Shown: piece by piece, positions 49,154 to 59,496 of the stretch | How the letters are laid out: every line of letters begins with the position of its first letter | Numbering within the stretch: position 1 is the first letter of the stretch | Origin: Balneolaceae bacterium | GTDB taxonomy: Bacteria > Bacteroidota > Rhodothermia > Balneolales > Balneolaceae | Reading direction: 5' to 3' | DNA length: 64,000 nucleotides | Assembly (NCBI GenBank): GCA_007134085.1 | Contig: SLLL01000038.1 | Span: forward strand, 21,555 to 85,554 | The notes under the pieces: generated by a model | What the model saw: only the letters and a program-made list of their open reading frames with translations | Told to the model about the DNA's origin: nothing | Database searches by the model: none | Program-made: the position numbers and the translations under genes

Positions 49154-51129
49154 GTATCATTACTAAGGTTTACCCAGCGCTCATAAATTCGCCGAAGTTG
49201 GCTATACACATCGGGTGGAAACTCTTTTAGGGTAATTTCCACGTTGAATGTGTATTCAATGGAGTTCCCTTCAGTAAAGTATTCTTCAAAAAGTGATGCA
49301 CCGCGAAGTGACGTTGAGAATGTTTCTCCTGTTACATCAAACAAATACCCACTGGGCAGGGTTATGTTGTATTTGATTGAAAGCATTTCCGGAGCATCGA
49401 GTGTTATGGGTACCCGGCGTTCTGTTGGCTCGAATGGATTATTGAATAGATATCCTACAATCATCGGGCGGAACTCAATACCCTCCGAAAACGTGATGGC
49501 GTAGTTAGGAATCTCAAAACGTGTACTCAGGCTGATGTTGTCCCGATCAGCAGTGTCAATCTTTATGATGCTCTCATCAAATATGGCGTCTTCATAAATT
49601 TCGAAAAATGTCTCTGCCAAAATCTCACGTGCTGGAATACCTGTAGAAAGTTTCTGACGAATCTGCTGCGAAGGGTAACCGGCTGTATTTGCCCGAAGTA
49701 CACCACGAAGCGTACCGTTTTCAAGAAGCTCAGCATCAACTTCAATATCGAAACTGAAGATGCTTCGTTCCGGGGCAATTTCTACCCATTTATACTCGCT
49801 TTCGGTTAAAATCATCCCCTGCTCATTAAACGAATCTACGGGTATAAGATTAGGGATACTGCTTGGGTATGATGCATCCAAAAAGTACGATTTACCATCT
49901 ATGTTACTATGAACCATCATACGGTTAAACTGAAAAAGAGATGGAAATGATTGATTGATTCGCCCAAACTCTCTGCCGGATAGATAGATGGGGTGTGCAT
50001 CTATACCGCCGCCACGCAACATACCCAGCAGAACCATATTGATTTCTGATTGCGATGCAGGCACCCCCCGAAGAACATGCTCTACCCCGCTCTCAGCAAA
50101 TACCGTTCTCTGGCCATTAAACTGTACCGTATCGTTCACATATTGAAATATGGAATCCTGTGCAGCAGCTGTATTTTCTGTTTCGCTGCGAATTTGCCGT
50201 CCCAACTCTTCTAAATAATCATTCTGTTCAAAAAATGTATAAGGGTTATTATTCCGCAAAATTTGTGCTGCCACAAACTCCCAGCTGTTCTCGAGCGGCT
50301 GCCTTGGCAAGCCAAACTCACTGATCTGAAACCTCAGCTTTGCACGGATATCCACAACTGATGAGATGTAAGCCAATGCATCAACTGCAGGTATATCAGA
50401 AGCCTTCCATGTCTGGACAAAAACCGGATCAGGCCTGCTAAATGTAAATACCAATGGCACGCTGCTTGTATCAATCCGCTGTTCTTCGTAGCTAAGCTCA
50501 AAATCTATGTTCTCCTCCACTACATCGTAGCGGATAAAGTCGGCGTTTTTAAAATATATTGTAGCATCTCTCGTGGGTACCCGGTGAGATAGAAAGATAT
50601 CAGGCAACTCTTCTATATACCGCCGTTCAATGCGGTACTTATACTCAATCACATCTCCCTGTTGTACGTTTGGCATTTCGAATTCAAGAATTCGGTAACG
50701 GTTATTCAGTTCAACCGTGCGAACGGTGCTTGTATTCAGATAGGTGCGCTCACCGTTCGCATGATGAGTAATTCCCTCAATTTGCGAAACCTGTTCAATT
50801 CCATCAGCAAAATAGAAGGGTATGCCAACCATCGATGCTTCAGCAATGTAGAATGGGTCGTCACTGTGAACTTTAATGCGAATTAAATGATCGAGAACAA
50901 CCACTATGCCACGGCTTCTCTCGTGAACCTGAATAGCCGTTTTCTTCTCAAGAAATTCGTAGGGGTAGGCAGCATCGGGATTTTGATGAAGCATATCTTC
51001 AGAAATCATCCCAAACTTTTCGAAGATCCTGAGATCTTCAAGAACCTCATGAGAATTCTGTGCTACAACTGATACTGCAAGAGTGGTGGCAAGAAAGAAG
51101 AAAGAAAAAAATCTGAATAACAACTGCAT
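49126..51129 (-). CDS. DUF3857 / transglutaminase-like / DUF3858 exported protein
   Basis: Signal peptide, F.MPNV..GDVIEY.Y, central TGase-like region (Y.LDA) and C-terminal beta domain. Confidence 0.8.
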   Translation of the reverse strand: MQLLFRFFSFFFLATTLAVSVVAQNSHEVLEDLRIFEKFGMISEDMLHQNPDAAYPYEFLEKKTAIQVHERSRGIVVVLDHLIRIKVHSDDPFYIAEASMVGIPFYFADGIEQVSQIEGITHHANGERTYLNTSTVRTVELNNRYRILEFEMPNVQQGDVIEYKYRIERRYIEELPDIFLSHRVPTRDATIYFKNADFIRYDVVEENIDFELSYEEQRIDTSSVPLVFTFSRPDPVFVQTWKASDIPAVDALAYISSVVDIRAKLRFQISEFGLPRQPLENSWEFVAAQILRNNNPYTFFEQNDYLEELGRQIRSETENTAAAQDSIFQYVNDTVQFNGQRTVFAESGVEHVLRGVPASQSEINMVLLGMLRGGGIDAHPIYLSGREFGRINQSFPSLFQFNRMMVHSNIDGKSYFLDASYPSSIPNLIPVDSFNEQGMILTESEYKWVEIAPERSIFSFDIEVDAELLENGTLRGVLRANTAGYPSQQIRQKLSTGIPAREILAETFFEIYEDAIFDESIIKIDTADRDNISLSTRFEIPNYAITFSEGIEFRPMIVGYLFNNPFEPTERRVPITLDAPEMLSIKYNITLPSGYLFDVTGETFSTSLRGASLFEEYFTEGNSIEYTFNVEITLKEFPPDVYSQLRRIYERWVNLSNDTWFIELPDR

Positions 51130-51148
51130 TGAGAACGATTGTCAGAAC

Positions 51149-52450
51149 TTAGTTTCTGAGCGTGGATTCCGAAAAGCGCCCTTTATTGTACAGTGCGATA
51201 GCCCTGCCGGTAAGAGTTTCGCCGATATACGGGGAATTTTTCGATTTTGAGCGTACTTCATTGCTGCTATAAACCCACTCCTCATCCGTATTAAACAGAG
51301 TAAGATTAGCTTTATTACCTGTTTTGATTTGCGGCACACTGATATTCAAAATTTCACGAGGTTTAGCAACCAGTTTTTCCAGAATCTGTTCGAGTGAAAG
51401 CAGCCCCGGTTTCAACAACCGTTTTACACAGATACTCCAAGCAGTATCAAGGCCGGTTATACCGTTTGGTGCGTAAATAAATTCAACTTCTTTCTCTTCT
51501 ATGGAGTGCGGAGCATGATCGGTACAAATTACTTCAATGGTACCATCAACAAGCCCTTCAATCATGGCGTCTACATCGTCCTGCGTGCGAAGCGGTGGAT
51601 GCATCTTCACATTGGTATCAAAATTTCTGCGTTCAACTTCTTCATCCGTCAGGTCAAAATGGTGGGTACACACTTCGGTTGTTACGTTAATGCCGTCTGC
51701 CTTAGCACTACGCACCAAATCAACCGCTTTCCGCGTACTGATGTGTGCCACATGCACGTAGCCGCCTGTAAACTCTGCAAGCAGAATGTCACGGGCAATC
51801 ATGGCCTCTTCTGCGATAGATGGCGTACCATCCAGCCCTAATCGTGTAGATACCGCACCTTCGTGCATGTGGCCAGGCCGCGAAAGGTCGAGGTCTTCTT
51901 CATGATTAATAATCGGCACACCAAGCATGGAAGAGTATTCCAAAGCAACACGCATAACTTGTGAATTGTAAACAGGATCGCCATCATCACTGAAAGCCAC
52001 AGCGCCACCCTTTTGCATATCGGCCATTTCGGCTATGGATTTCCCTGCCCGATCTTTGGTAACACAGCCAATTGGGTGAACCTCAACAAGCTGATTTTTT
52101 GATTTATTCTTGATGAATTCCACAACATCGCGGGTATGGATGGCAGGCTTTGTGTTCGGCATACAGGCAACTTCCGTGAATCCCCCAAACATTGCTGACC
52201 TGCAGCCTGTTTCTATCGTCTCTTTGTGCTCAAACCCAGGTTCGCGGAAATGTACGTGCATATCCATCCAGCCACCGCTTATGTATGCCCCCTTTGCATC
52301 GAAAAGCTCTTCTTTGTCTGCTTGTGTGAGATTTTTGGATATTTCTGAAATGATTCCGTTCTCAATCCTGATATCTATCTGAGTATTTCCATCGAAACCA
52401 TCGCCAACCGGTTTACAATTTTTGATGAGCAGGTTTGGTTTGTCTGTCAT
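51149..52450 (-). CDS. pyrC: Dihydroorotase (multifunctional-complex type)
   Basis: DMHVHFREPG, MPNT, FSDDG, HVAHIST, KMHPPLR, TDHAPH. Confidence 0.95.
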   Translation of the reverse strand: MTDKPNLLIKNCKPVGDGFDGNTQIDIRIENGIISEISKNLTQADKEELFDAKGAYISGGWMDMHVHFREPGFEHKETIETGCRSAMFGGFTEVACMPNTKPAIHTRDVVEFIKNKSKNQLVEVHPIGCVTKDRAGKSIAEMADMQKGGAVAFSDDGDPVYNSQVMRVALEYSSMLGVPIINHEEDLDLSRPGHMHEGAVSTRLGLDGTPSIAEEAMIARDILLAEFTGGYVHVAHISTRKAVDLVRSAKADGINVTTEVCTHHFDLTDEEVERRNFDTNVKMHPPLRTQDDVDAMIEGLVDGTIEVICTDHAPHSIEEKEVEFIYAPNGITGLDTAWSICVKRLLKPGLLSLEQILEKLVAKPREILNISVPQIKTGNKANLTLFNTDEEWVYSSNEVRSKSKNSPYIGETLTGRAIALYNKGRFSESTLRN

Positions 52451-52581
52451 TATGAAATTTTTTTGATGATTCTTTTTCCTGAGGGATACAGATCGTAATA
52501 CAAATATTTACATAAAATAGCTTATTGGGAGTCTTTATCCCTGATAAATATACCCCGATTTGCAATGAAAAACGATTGAAG

Positions 52582-52605
52582 AGAGCCTTTATAATCAAGG
52601 GCTCT
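52582..52605 (-). terminator. Probable terminator after the surface lipoprotein gene
   Basis: AGAGCC(T)TT-ataatc-AAGGGCTCT hairpin about 30 bp past the stop codon. Confidence 0.55.
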
Positions 52606-52634
52606 GAACGGTTATGAAAAAAATGGATTTCGCT

Positions 52635-54965
52635 CTAATCGTTCTGCTGCCAGAATAGAATCGGATAGGTATCTGTGGTAATCCAGATCGTTTCCCAGTT
52701 AAATGCCGTCATTATCTCGGTTGCATCTTCACCCTGCATCTGCTCTGTAGTAAGGCCTGTAACTCCTTCAGTTTCTGCGTCAGTACCAGTTGCATTATCG
52801 TTGCCTGAGCTTTCAGTATCCCAATAAGAACCTGCAATTGTACCGTTTTTAGTACCTACAAATCCACCTGCTGCGATTATACCATCAACAGAACCTGTTG
52901 AGTAACTAAACTCAATCATTGCTGAAACTCCAAGATTCCCAACTAAACCACCCGAGTTTTCCTCGGTAGATGTTACTGAACCACGTGCGTAAGAATTTCT
53001 GATGACAGGCGCACCTGTTCCGTTTGAACCAACCAACCCGCCAACACGGTCAATTGCGGAAACACTGCTCGAGGAGAAAGATTCATCTACCAGGCCACCG
53101 GATACATTTGAACCAACCAACCCGCCTACTTCCGAGTTTCCTTCAACCGCTCCCGTAGAGTAGCTTCTGAAAATGGTTCCGCTGTTAATTCCTGTCAATC
53201 CACCTGTATCATCATTCCCATCAACTAAAGCTGTAGAGTATGAGATCATAATTTCTCCGGTATTTTCCCCGGCAAGCCCACCTGTATTATTGTTTCCAGT
53301 AACCGATCCCGAGCTGTAGGAGTCTTCAATCAAACCCAGATTTAATCCAACAAGCCCGCCTGTTGAATTTGAACCGGTAATTGTACCGCTGTTTGAGTAG
53401 CTATTCACAATTTCTCCGCGATTTTCACCGGCAATCGTACCGGTTCTGTCACCACCAGAGATTTGTGCGTCAATCAGGCCAAGATTTTCCACACGTCCGC
53501 CATCAATGAAGCCAAAGAGGCCGGTATTTGGTATATCATCACGGTTCAAGGTGAAATCTGTAATGGTGCGATTATTTCCATTCAGTGTTCCTGTAAACGG
53601 TTCAGCCTGTGAGCCTATAGGGAAAAACCCTTCACCCGAATTTAGTGTATCAGCTGTAGTACCATCAAGATCGTTTATGAGAATATAATTGGCGTCGGGG
53701 AAGCGGTTAATAAACTGCAACTGATACATATTACCAATCTGGTACGGATTTAACTGGCTGCCGTCCCCATCTTCAAAAACACTAAATATCGCAGTAATAG
53801 AGAGGTTATCTTCGATGGTAATTACATATGGGTTAGCTGTGGTATCGGCGTCGCCACCCCATCCTGTAAACCTCCAATTTTCTGCAGGGATGGCTTCAAT
53901 TTCAACCTCTGACCCGAACAGGAATCCGGTAGCAGTCTCCGTTCCGCTAATGAGTGTTGTGTTAACCGTTCCCTCGCCATCTGTAACAACATCGAATGTA
54001 AATTCCTGTCGCTCAAAGTTGGCAACTATCGTTTTATTGCCGTTCATCGTAAGGCTGAATGGGTTCACAGTTCCGGTAAAATCTCCCTCCCAACCGGTAA
54101 ATAGCCATCCTTGATTCGGCTCTGCGGTTACCTCAAATGTGGTATCGCGTATGTATCTGCCATCTTCAGGAGTAATTACCCCTCCCTCTTCGGGTTGCGC
54201 AACTGCGGTGAACTGGAATGTTCTGAGGAAGGTAGCGGTAACTTCTTTTGGCCCATCAACAGTTATAATGATGGTTGTATCAGCACCTGATGCATCCCCA
54301 GCCCATTCTGAAAATGCCCAGTCATCTTCAGGAATTGCCGTGAGCTGTACAGCTGTACCTGCGGTATAATCAGTAGTTCTCATTTGAACCACTTCCTGCT
54401 CTACATCCCCTTCACCCACAATGTTTACTGTTAATGGATATTCAATTCGTGTAAAGATACCTGTTACTTCAGTTTCGCCATCTATGGTAATGGTTGCAGG
54501 ATTTTCATCCCCTTCAAGATCACCTTCCCAGCGGTTAAACTCCCAGCCGGCTGCGGGTTGTGCCGTAAGTTCAATAGTGGTGCCGTGGGGGTAATCAGTG
54601 GTTCTCTGCTGAACTATTTGCTCAATAATTTGTCCTTCTCCTTCAGTAAGAAGCGTAAGCGGATAGTCTCTTTTTATAAAAATAGCGGCAATATCTTTAT
54701 CGGAATCAATGGTAATAATTACGGGATTCTCAGAACCAGTATGATCTCCCTGCCATTCGCTGAATACCCAGTTTTCATTCGCGGTAGCTGATATTTCGAG
54801 CGGCCTTTCGCGGTCGAATTCAACATTTGCGGGAGTTACCATACCACCCTCTTGCGGTACAGCTGTTATTGTGAGCCTATAAGTATCGTTATCGCTTGAA
54901 CCACATCCACTTAGAAGTAATGGCAACAGAAAAATAGCCCAGATAAATTTTCGCATAAAATGCAA
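52635..54965 (-). CDS. Surface lipoprotein with five divergent InlB B-repeat-like domains and a GLUG-motif region
   Basis: Lipobox LLSGC. Five ~70-aa repeats with A.P..GW.F..W.GD..G..NP..IT.D....A.F. Then GDGS..NPYQI and multiple GGL(V/A/T)G.N repeats. Confidence 0.85.
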   Translation of the reverse strand: MHFMRKFIWAIFLLPLLLSGCGSSDNDTYRLTITAVPQEGGMVTPANVEFDRERPLEISATANENWVFSEWQGDHTGSENPVIITIDSDKDIAAIFIKRDYPLTLLTEGEGQIIEQIVQQRTTDYPHGTTIELTAQPAAGWEFNRWEGDLEGDENPATITIDGETEVTGIFTRIEYPLTVNIVGEGDVEQEVVQMRTTDYTAGTAVQLTAIPEDDWAFSEWAGDASGADTTIIITVDGPKEVTATFLRTFQFTAVAQPEEGGVITPEDGRYIRDTTFEVTAEPNQGWLFTGWEGDFTGTVNPFSLTMNGNKTIVANFERQEFTFDVVTDGEGTVNTTLISGTETATGFLFGSEVEIEAIPAENWRFTGWGGDADTTANPYVITIEDNLSITAIFSVFEDGDGSQLNPYQIGNMYQLQFINRFPDANYILINDLDGTTADTLNSGEGFFPIGSQAEPFTGTLNGNNRTITDFTLNRDDIPNTGLFGFIDGGRVENLGLIDAQISGGDRTGTIAGENRGEIVNSYSNSGTITGSNSTGGLVGLNLGLIEDSYSSGSVTGNNNTGGLAGENTGEIMISYSTALVDGNDDTGGLTGINSGTIFRSYSTGAVEGNSEVGGLVGSNVSGGLVDESFSSSSVSAIDRVGGLVGSNGTGAPVIRNSYARGSVTSTEENSGGLVGNLGVSAMIEFSYSTGSVDGIIAAGGFVGTKNGTIAGSYWDTESSGNDNATGTDAETEGVTGLTTEQMQGEDATEIMTAFNWETIWITTDTYPILFWQQND

Positions 54966-55201
54966 ATTATGTTGTAATAGCCATTAATAATTTAACCTAT
55001 TTAGGGCTGAATGCACAATTGAAATTTTATAATGCTCTAATATTCATAAGTCCTGTCTTACTAATTATTTGCCTATATAGTTATAGCCAGTGAGCTCTTT
55101 TTACTTTTATAATTGCATTAACTGATAAAGTTATTTAACAAATGAGTTACAACCCTCAGAAGCATTTATAAAAAATTCCAATTAGATATGCAGGCCAGTC
55201 T

Positions 55202-57637
55202 ATGAGCAAATTGAGTTCTGAGCAGTGGCAGGCTGCACAAGATTTATTTCTTGAAGCAGTTGATCTTGAAGCTGAAGAGCAAGCTAAATTCCTATCTAAT
55301 CTTGAAACAGATCATCCCGAGCTATATACGGAGGTGAAAAAGCTTCTCAGGTCTCATAACGCATCTGGTGCTTTCTTATCCGGTACCGTACTTGATAATA
55401 TAATTGTTCAAACCGGAGAGCAAATTGGCCCATGGACAATCATTAAGGAGATTGGCCAGGGAGGAATGAGTACAGTTTATCTGGCTGAACGATCGGATGG
55501 TACATTTAGCCGAAAGGTAGCTGTAAAATTTCTGCACGGCCTTTCTCCCGATAAAAAAATGATTGAAAGGCTACGGGCTGAGCAATCCATACTAGCCAGG
55601 CTCGATCATAAACATATCTGCAAACTACTTGATGCGGGAATAAAGGATGCAGGCAGGCCTTATTTCATTATGGAGTACATTGACGGGCTACCAATTGACG
55701 AATATTGTAAAGAAAAAAACCTAAGTTTAGATGAAAGGCTTGCCCTGTTTATACAGGTTTGCGAAGCTGTTCAGTATGCACATAAAAGGCTTATCGTGCA
55801 TCGGGATATTAAACCTTCGAACATTCTTGTAGATGCAGAGGGAAATGTAAAGCTACTCGATTTTGGCATTGCCAAACTTGTTGATGAAGACCCTGAAATT
55901 GATATCACCAATACTAATACAGTGCTTTTTTTGATGACTCCAGAGTACGCCAGCCCTGAACAGGTTGAACACTTACCTATTACTACTACTACGGATGTTT
56001 ACTCCCTTGGGCTTTTACTTTGTAAATTAATCACCGATAAGCTCCCATATGAAATAGATTCAAAAACACCACTCGAAATCGGCCAAACAATTATACAGGC
56101 TGACCCTGCAAAACCAAGTACTCTTGTTACCGTAAAACCAAATGGTAAAGCAGCTAATACGGAAGATGAAAAAGCAGCATCACTCTATTTAAAACAAGCG
56201 CAGAGAAAATTAAAGGGCGACCTTGATAATATCATTCTAAAAGCACTTAGAAAAGAACCGGAGAGAAGGTACGATTCCGCTGGGCAGTTGCTTCAGGATA
56301 TTCAAAACTATCAAAATCATATGCCGGTAATGGCACGCCCCGAAAGCAGAATATATAGGGCAAAAAAATTTATTTTTCGAAATAAAACGGCTGCAGTTGC
56401 AGCCGGATTGATATTTTTAATATTGATAGGAGCAACCTGGATTTCTATAAATCAGGCAAATACTGCAACTGAACAGCGTTTAATTGCAGAACAAAGGTTT
56501 GATGATGTAAGAGAACTTGCCAACAGCCTCATCTTTGAACTACACGAAGAGATTGTAAACCTTCCAGGAGCCACAGCAGCACGTATTTTAATTGTTGAGC
56601 GGGCACTTCAATATCTAAGTGCACTAGCTGCTCACGAGAATGCTGATCTTACTTTAAAAATGGAAGTTGCCACGGCATACCGTGTGGTTGGAGATGTTCA
56701 GGGAAATCCTACAAATTCTAATCTTGGCCGCCATACTGATGCCATTACCAGTTACCGCTATGCGCTTGATTTAATCAACTCTGTACTTGATGTAGAGTCT
56801 GGAAATGTAGAATCAAGAAGAATTCTTGCAAACATACTTGAAAATAAAAGTGACGTCCTTAGTGCAATTGGAGAGCTAGAATCAGCAGAAGCGAATCAAA
56901 AACTCTCTAATGATATTTATAGAGAGCTTGCAGAAGAGTATCCTGATGAAACATCACATCTTCGTGAATATGCTATTTCACTTATCAAATACGGCGACCT
57001 ACTTGGCCACCCCTCTTTCATTAACCTCGGCAAACCAGAAGAAGCACTTGAAAAATTTAATATGGCCGAAAATTTACTGGATTTCCTATACGCTCAAGAT
57101 CAAAAAAATATTCTACACTTGAGATATATTGGCTTAATACATGAACGCCTTGGCAGGATGTTCCAGCTATTTGAGGATTACGACAAATCACTCATCCACT
57201 ACAAAAAATCTATGGAGTTTCGAACAATATTTGTGGAACGTAATCCCACTAATTCCAACGCTATTAGGGATGAAGCCGTATCTCATGAAAATCTTTCAAG
57301 AATTTATGTAAGCCTAAATCAACTCGAGAATGCACTGGAACACATGCAAATAGCATTTAATATCTATAAATGGCAGCATGAGAATGACCCTATAAATACG
57401 ATGGCTAAAATATCATATGCTATCAGTAATATTCACCTTGGAGATATTTCGCATCATGCAGATAGAACAAGTTTTAAAGACACAAACTCGGCTAAAACCT
57501 ATTTTCTGCGATCTAAAGGCCTGCTCGAATCAGCACTTGAAGCGGATACAACAAATGTGCGAACTCGTAATCTGCTTGACCTGGTGAACCGTCGCCTCAC
57601 ATGGATAGAAGGGCAACTGGATTCGTCTTCGGGGTAG
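55202..57637 (+). CDS. Membrane Hanks-type Ser/Thr protein kinase with an extracytoplasmic TPR region
   Basis: IGQGGMSTVY, VAVK, HRDIKPSN, DFG, MTPEYASPEQ, DVYSLG; TM helix AAVAAGLIFLILIGATWISI; helical repeats C-terminally. Confidence 0.93.
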   Translation: MSKLSSEQWQAAQDLFLEAVDLEAEEQAKFLSNLETDHPELYTEVKKLLRSHNASGAFLSGTVLDNIIVQTGEQIGPWTIIKEIGQGGMSTVYLAERSDGTFSRKVAVKFLHGLSPDKKMIERLRAEQSILARLDHKHICKLLDAGIKDAGRPYFIMEYIDGLPIDEYCKEKNLSLDERLALFIQVCEAVQYAHKRLIVHRDIKPSNILVDAEGNVKLLDFGIAKLVDEDPEIDITNTNTVLFLMTPEYASPEQVEHLPITTTTDVYSLGLLLCKLITDKLPYEIDSKTPLEIGQTIIQADPAKPSTLVTVKPNGKAANTEDEKAASLYLKQAQRKLKGDLDNIILKALRKEPERRYDSAGQLLQDIQNYQNHMPVMARPESRIYRAKKFIFRNKTAAVAAGLIFLILIGATWISINQANTATEQRLIAEQRFDDVRELANSLIFELHEEIVNLPGATAARILIVERALQYLSALAAHENADLTLKMEVATAYRVVGDVQGNPTNSNLGRHTDAITSYRYALDLINSVLDVESGNVESRRILANILENKSDVLSAIGELESAEANQKLSNDIYRELAEEYPDETSHLREYAISLIKYGDLLGHPSFINLGKPEEALEKFNMAENLLDFLYAQDQKNILHLRYIGLIHERLGRMFQLFEDYDKSLIHYKKSMEFRTIFVERNPTNSNAIRDEAVSHENLSRIYVSLNQLENALEHMQIAFNIYKWQHENDPINTMAKISYAISNIHLGDISHHADRTSFKDTNSAKTYFLRSKGLLESALEADTTNVRTRNLLDLVNRRLTWIEGQLDSSSG

Positions 57638-58007
57638 CTGCCAACTCATTTATCAATTTTAAGCAGTTAATTTGTGCTGGAATTCAATTCTACTAATGAT
57701 GAGAAGCTTAATGATTAACCGTTGCCATGCATACGGCAAACAGTATATTCATATTTACATGCTATCTGCAATTACTGAATTATGAATGAGACTCAGGTAA
57801 CAGTAGCTTTGAAAAACCAGTTTTTTTGGCCATGATCAAGGCCAAAGGGATTTTAAAACCGAAGCACATTGATTATATGTGAGGATTTTAAAGTCCCGAT
57901 AACGATGAGCTTTGGCAAAAAGACGGTTCTGCAAAGCCTCCTATCATTTTACCGGGACAAATAGTAAGCACAATTCAATATTGTAATTTGCTATAAACTA
58001 CCAAGCT

Positions 58008-59168
58008 TTAATTGTTTGGCCGAAGCGGGTTGATTGGCTGCCAGTTGCCTTGCAGAGAGCGATGATCGAAGGTGGGGTCGTTCGTGCCATAGTAATTACC
58101 CATACCATCAGTAAAATTGTATTGATAATGGCCTTCAACCCGGCGCTGGAACCCGGTGTGAGGGTCATCAAACGTACTGTATCCTGTTATCGCATCAAGA
58201 AACTGATCGTTTGAACTATATCCGCTGCCTGCTGATGTACTGCCGGTATTCCATGTCCCAAAAAAGTTTTCGCTCCATTGCCGGTTTTGTTCAGCAAATT
58301 GATTTCTCTGGGCCGCCATTCTCTGCTGGTGGTTCTGCTGGCTTTGTTGTTGATAAGCCTGCGAAATCTGCTGAACTCTTTGTGTGAACTGTGGATTTCG
58401 CTCATAACTGAGTTCTATAGCACTGTACGTCTCCATGGTTTGATCCAAGCGATTTTCAGGCGCCAGAATGAGCTGAGTCATAATCATCCCGTTTTGCCCT
58501 CCAAAGCCCATTGAGGGAAAATCTGATTTCACTATCTGAAACAGCCCATGCACCGGCCTGCCATTTCTGGAACCTTTGATTTCTATTTCCAGTGGGTCAG
58601 CTGGAAATCCAGCCTGAACCAGTTCATTGTATGATTTAGATCTTAACAGTGACTCGCTTCGCTGTAGACTACCTGTGGTTAGATTTTGAATCTCACCTCT
58701 TAAGGTATTTTGTAGAGCCCTTCTCAAAGCCTGATCAAAACTTTGGCCATACATATCTCCAAAAAGCTCAGAACCGAAAGTTCTGATGCTTTCACCCTCA
58801 GGGCCGCTGTATTCTGAAATATAGCGATCGAATGTGCCTGTTTGGGGATTTGTATAGATATCATACTGAAGGTTCCAGCTTGCAGGTATGGTTACCCTTG
58901 CCATCTCCATCTGTACTCCTCTGTCGAATATGGTAATCTGCTGCCCCCTTCCAGATCCAAAACGAGAGAAAAATGTGCCACTACGTTGGTTCTGAGAATC
59001 CTGTGATGGTTGCACTCCCTGCTGATGAGTCTGCTGATTAAAATCCTGTTGATACGCCAATTGGCTGGCAGGTTCATCATCCGGGTAAAACAAAATGATT
59101 GCAAAAATTACAACACCCACACCTAAGAGTACTTTCTGCTTGAGCGGTAGTTCTTTTATTTTTTCCAT
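58008..59168 (-). CDS. Membrane-anchored Gln-rich hypothetical protein
   Basis: N-terminal TM helix, two Gln-rich low-complexity tracts and a C-terminal DDPHTG..V.GHY.Y...D.MGNYYGTNDP motif. Confidence 0.8.
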   Translation of the reverse strand: MEKIKELPLKQKVLLGVGVVIFAIILFYPDDEPASQLAYQQDFNQQTHQQGVQPSQDSQNQRSGTFFSRFGSGRGQQITIFDRGVQMEMARVTIPASWNLQYDIYTNPQTGTFDRYISEYSGPEGESIRTFGSELFGDMYGQSFDQALRRALQNTLRGEIQNLTTGSLQRSESLLRSKSYNELVQAGFPADPLEIEIKGSRNGRPVHGLFQIVKSDFPSMGFGGQNGMIMTQLILAPENRLDQTMETYSAIELSYERNPQFTQRVQQISQAYQQQSQQNHQQRMAAQRNQFAEQNRQWSENFFGTWNTGSTSAGSGYSSNDQFLDAITGYSTFDDPHTGFQRRVEGHYQYNFTDGMGNYYGTNDPTFDHRSLQGNWQPINPLRPNN

Positions 59169-59335
59169 GATCTTTTTGATTCGATAATTATGATTTAGAT
59201 TATTGGCTTTCTCTCAAATGCACTATTACCAGCAAAATCAGCTCTATAAATTCCTTTTTTTCTAAATTGAGAGACACTTTTCTGATGCCCTGTACCTGGC
59301 TAATCTTTCCCAACGATTTAATTGGCACCACTAAA

Positions 59336-59371
59336 AAATAAAACCCCTCCGATATCACTCGAAGGGGTTTA
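59336..59371 (-). terminator. Terminator after the OMP/cytochrome gene run
   Basis: On the minus strand, AAACCCCTTCG-agtgatat-CGGAGGGGTTT followed by TATTTTT. Confidence 0.75.
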
Positions 59372-59496
59372 GTCGGTTCGCTTACTTAATAGATATCCAT
59401 GTTTAACTTGCTAAATGTTAAATATTATGAGACCCACTTAATTTGGCACCTTAATAGCATATGTTTTTATAAATTTTACGCAAAATAGATAACCAA

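Noticed and set aside
57638-58007. Small ORF or sRNA in the 370-bp gap between the convergent kinase and Gln-rich genes
   Set aside because: Only very short frames and two small hairpins (GTTGCC/GGCAAAC, TTGGCC/GGCCAA) consistent with termination; nothing supportable.
59444-59460. Sigma-54-like site TGGCAC-N5-TAGCAT
   Set aside because: It has GG-N10-GC spacing but points antisense into the 3' end of an OMP gene with no + strand gene downstream. The similar TTGGCACC at 59322-59329 lacks the -12 GC.
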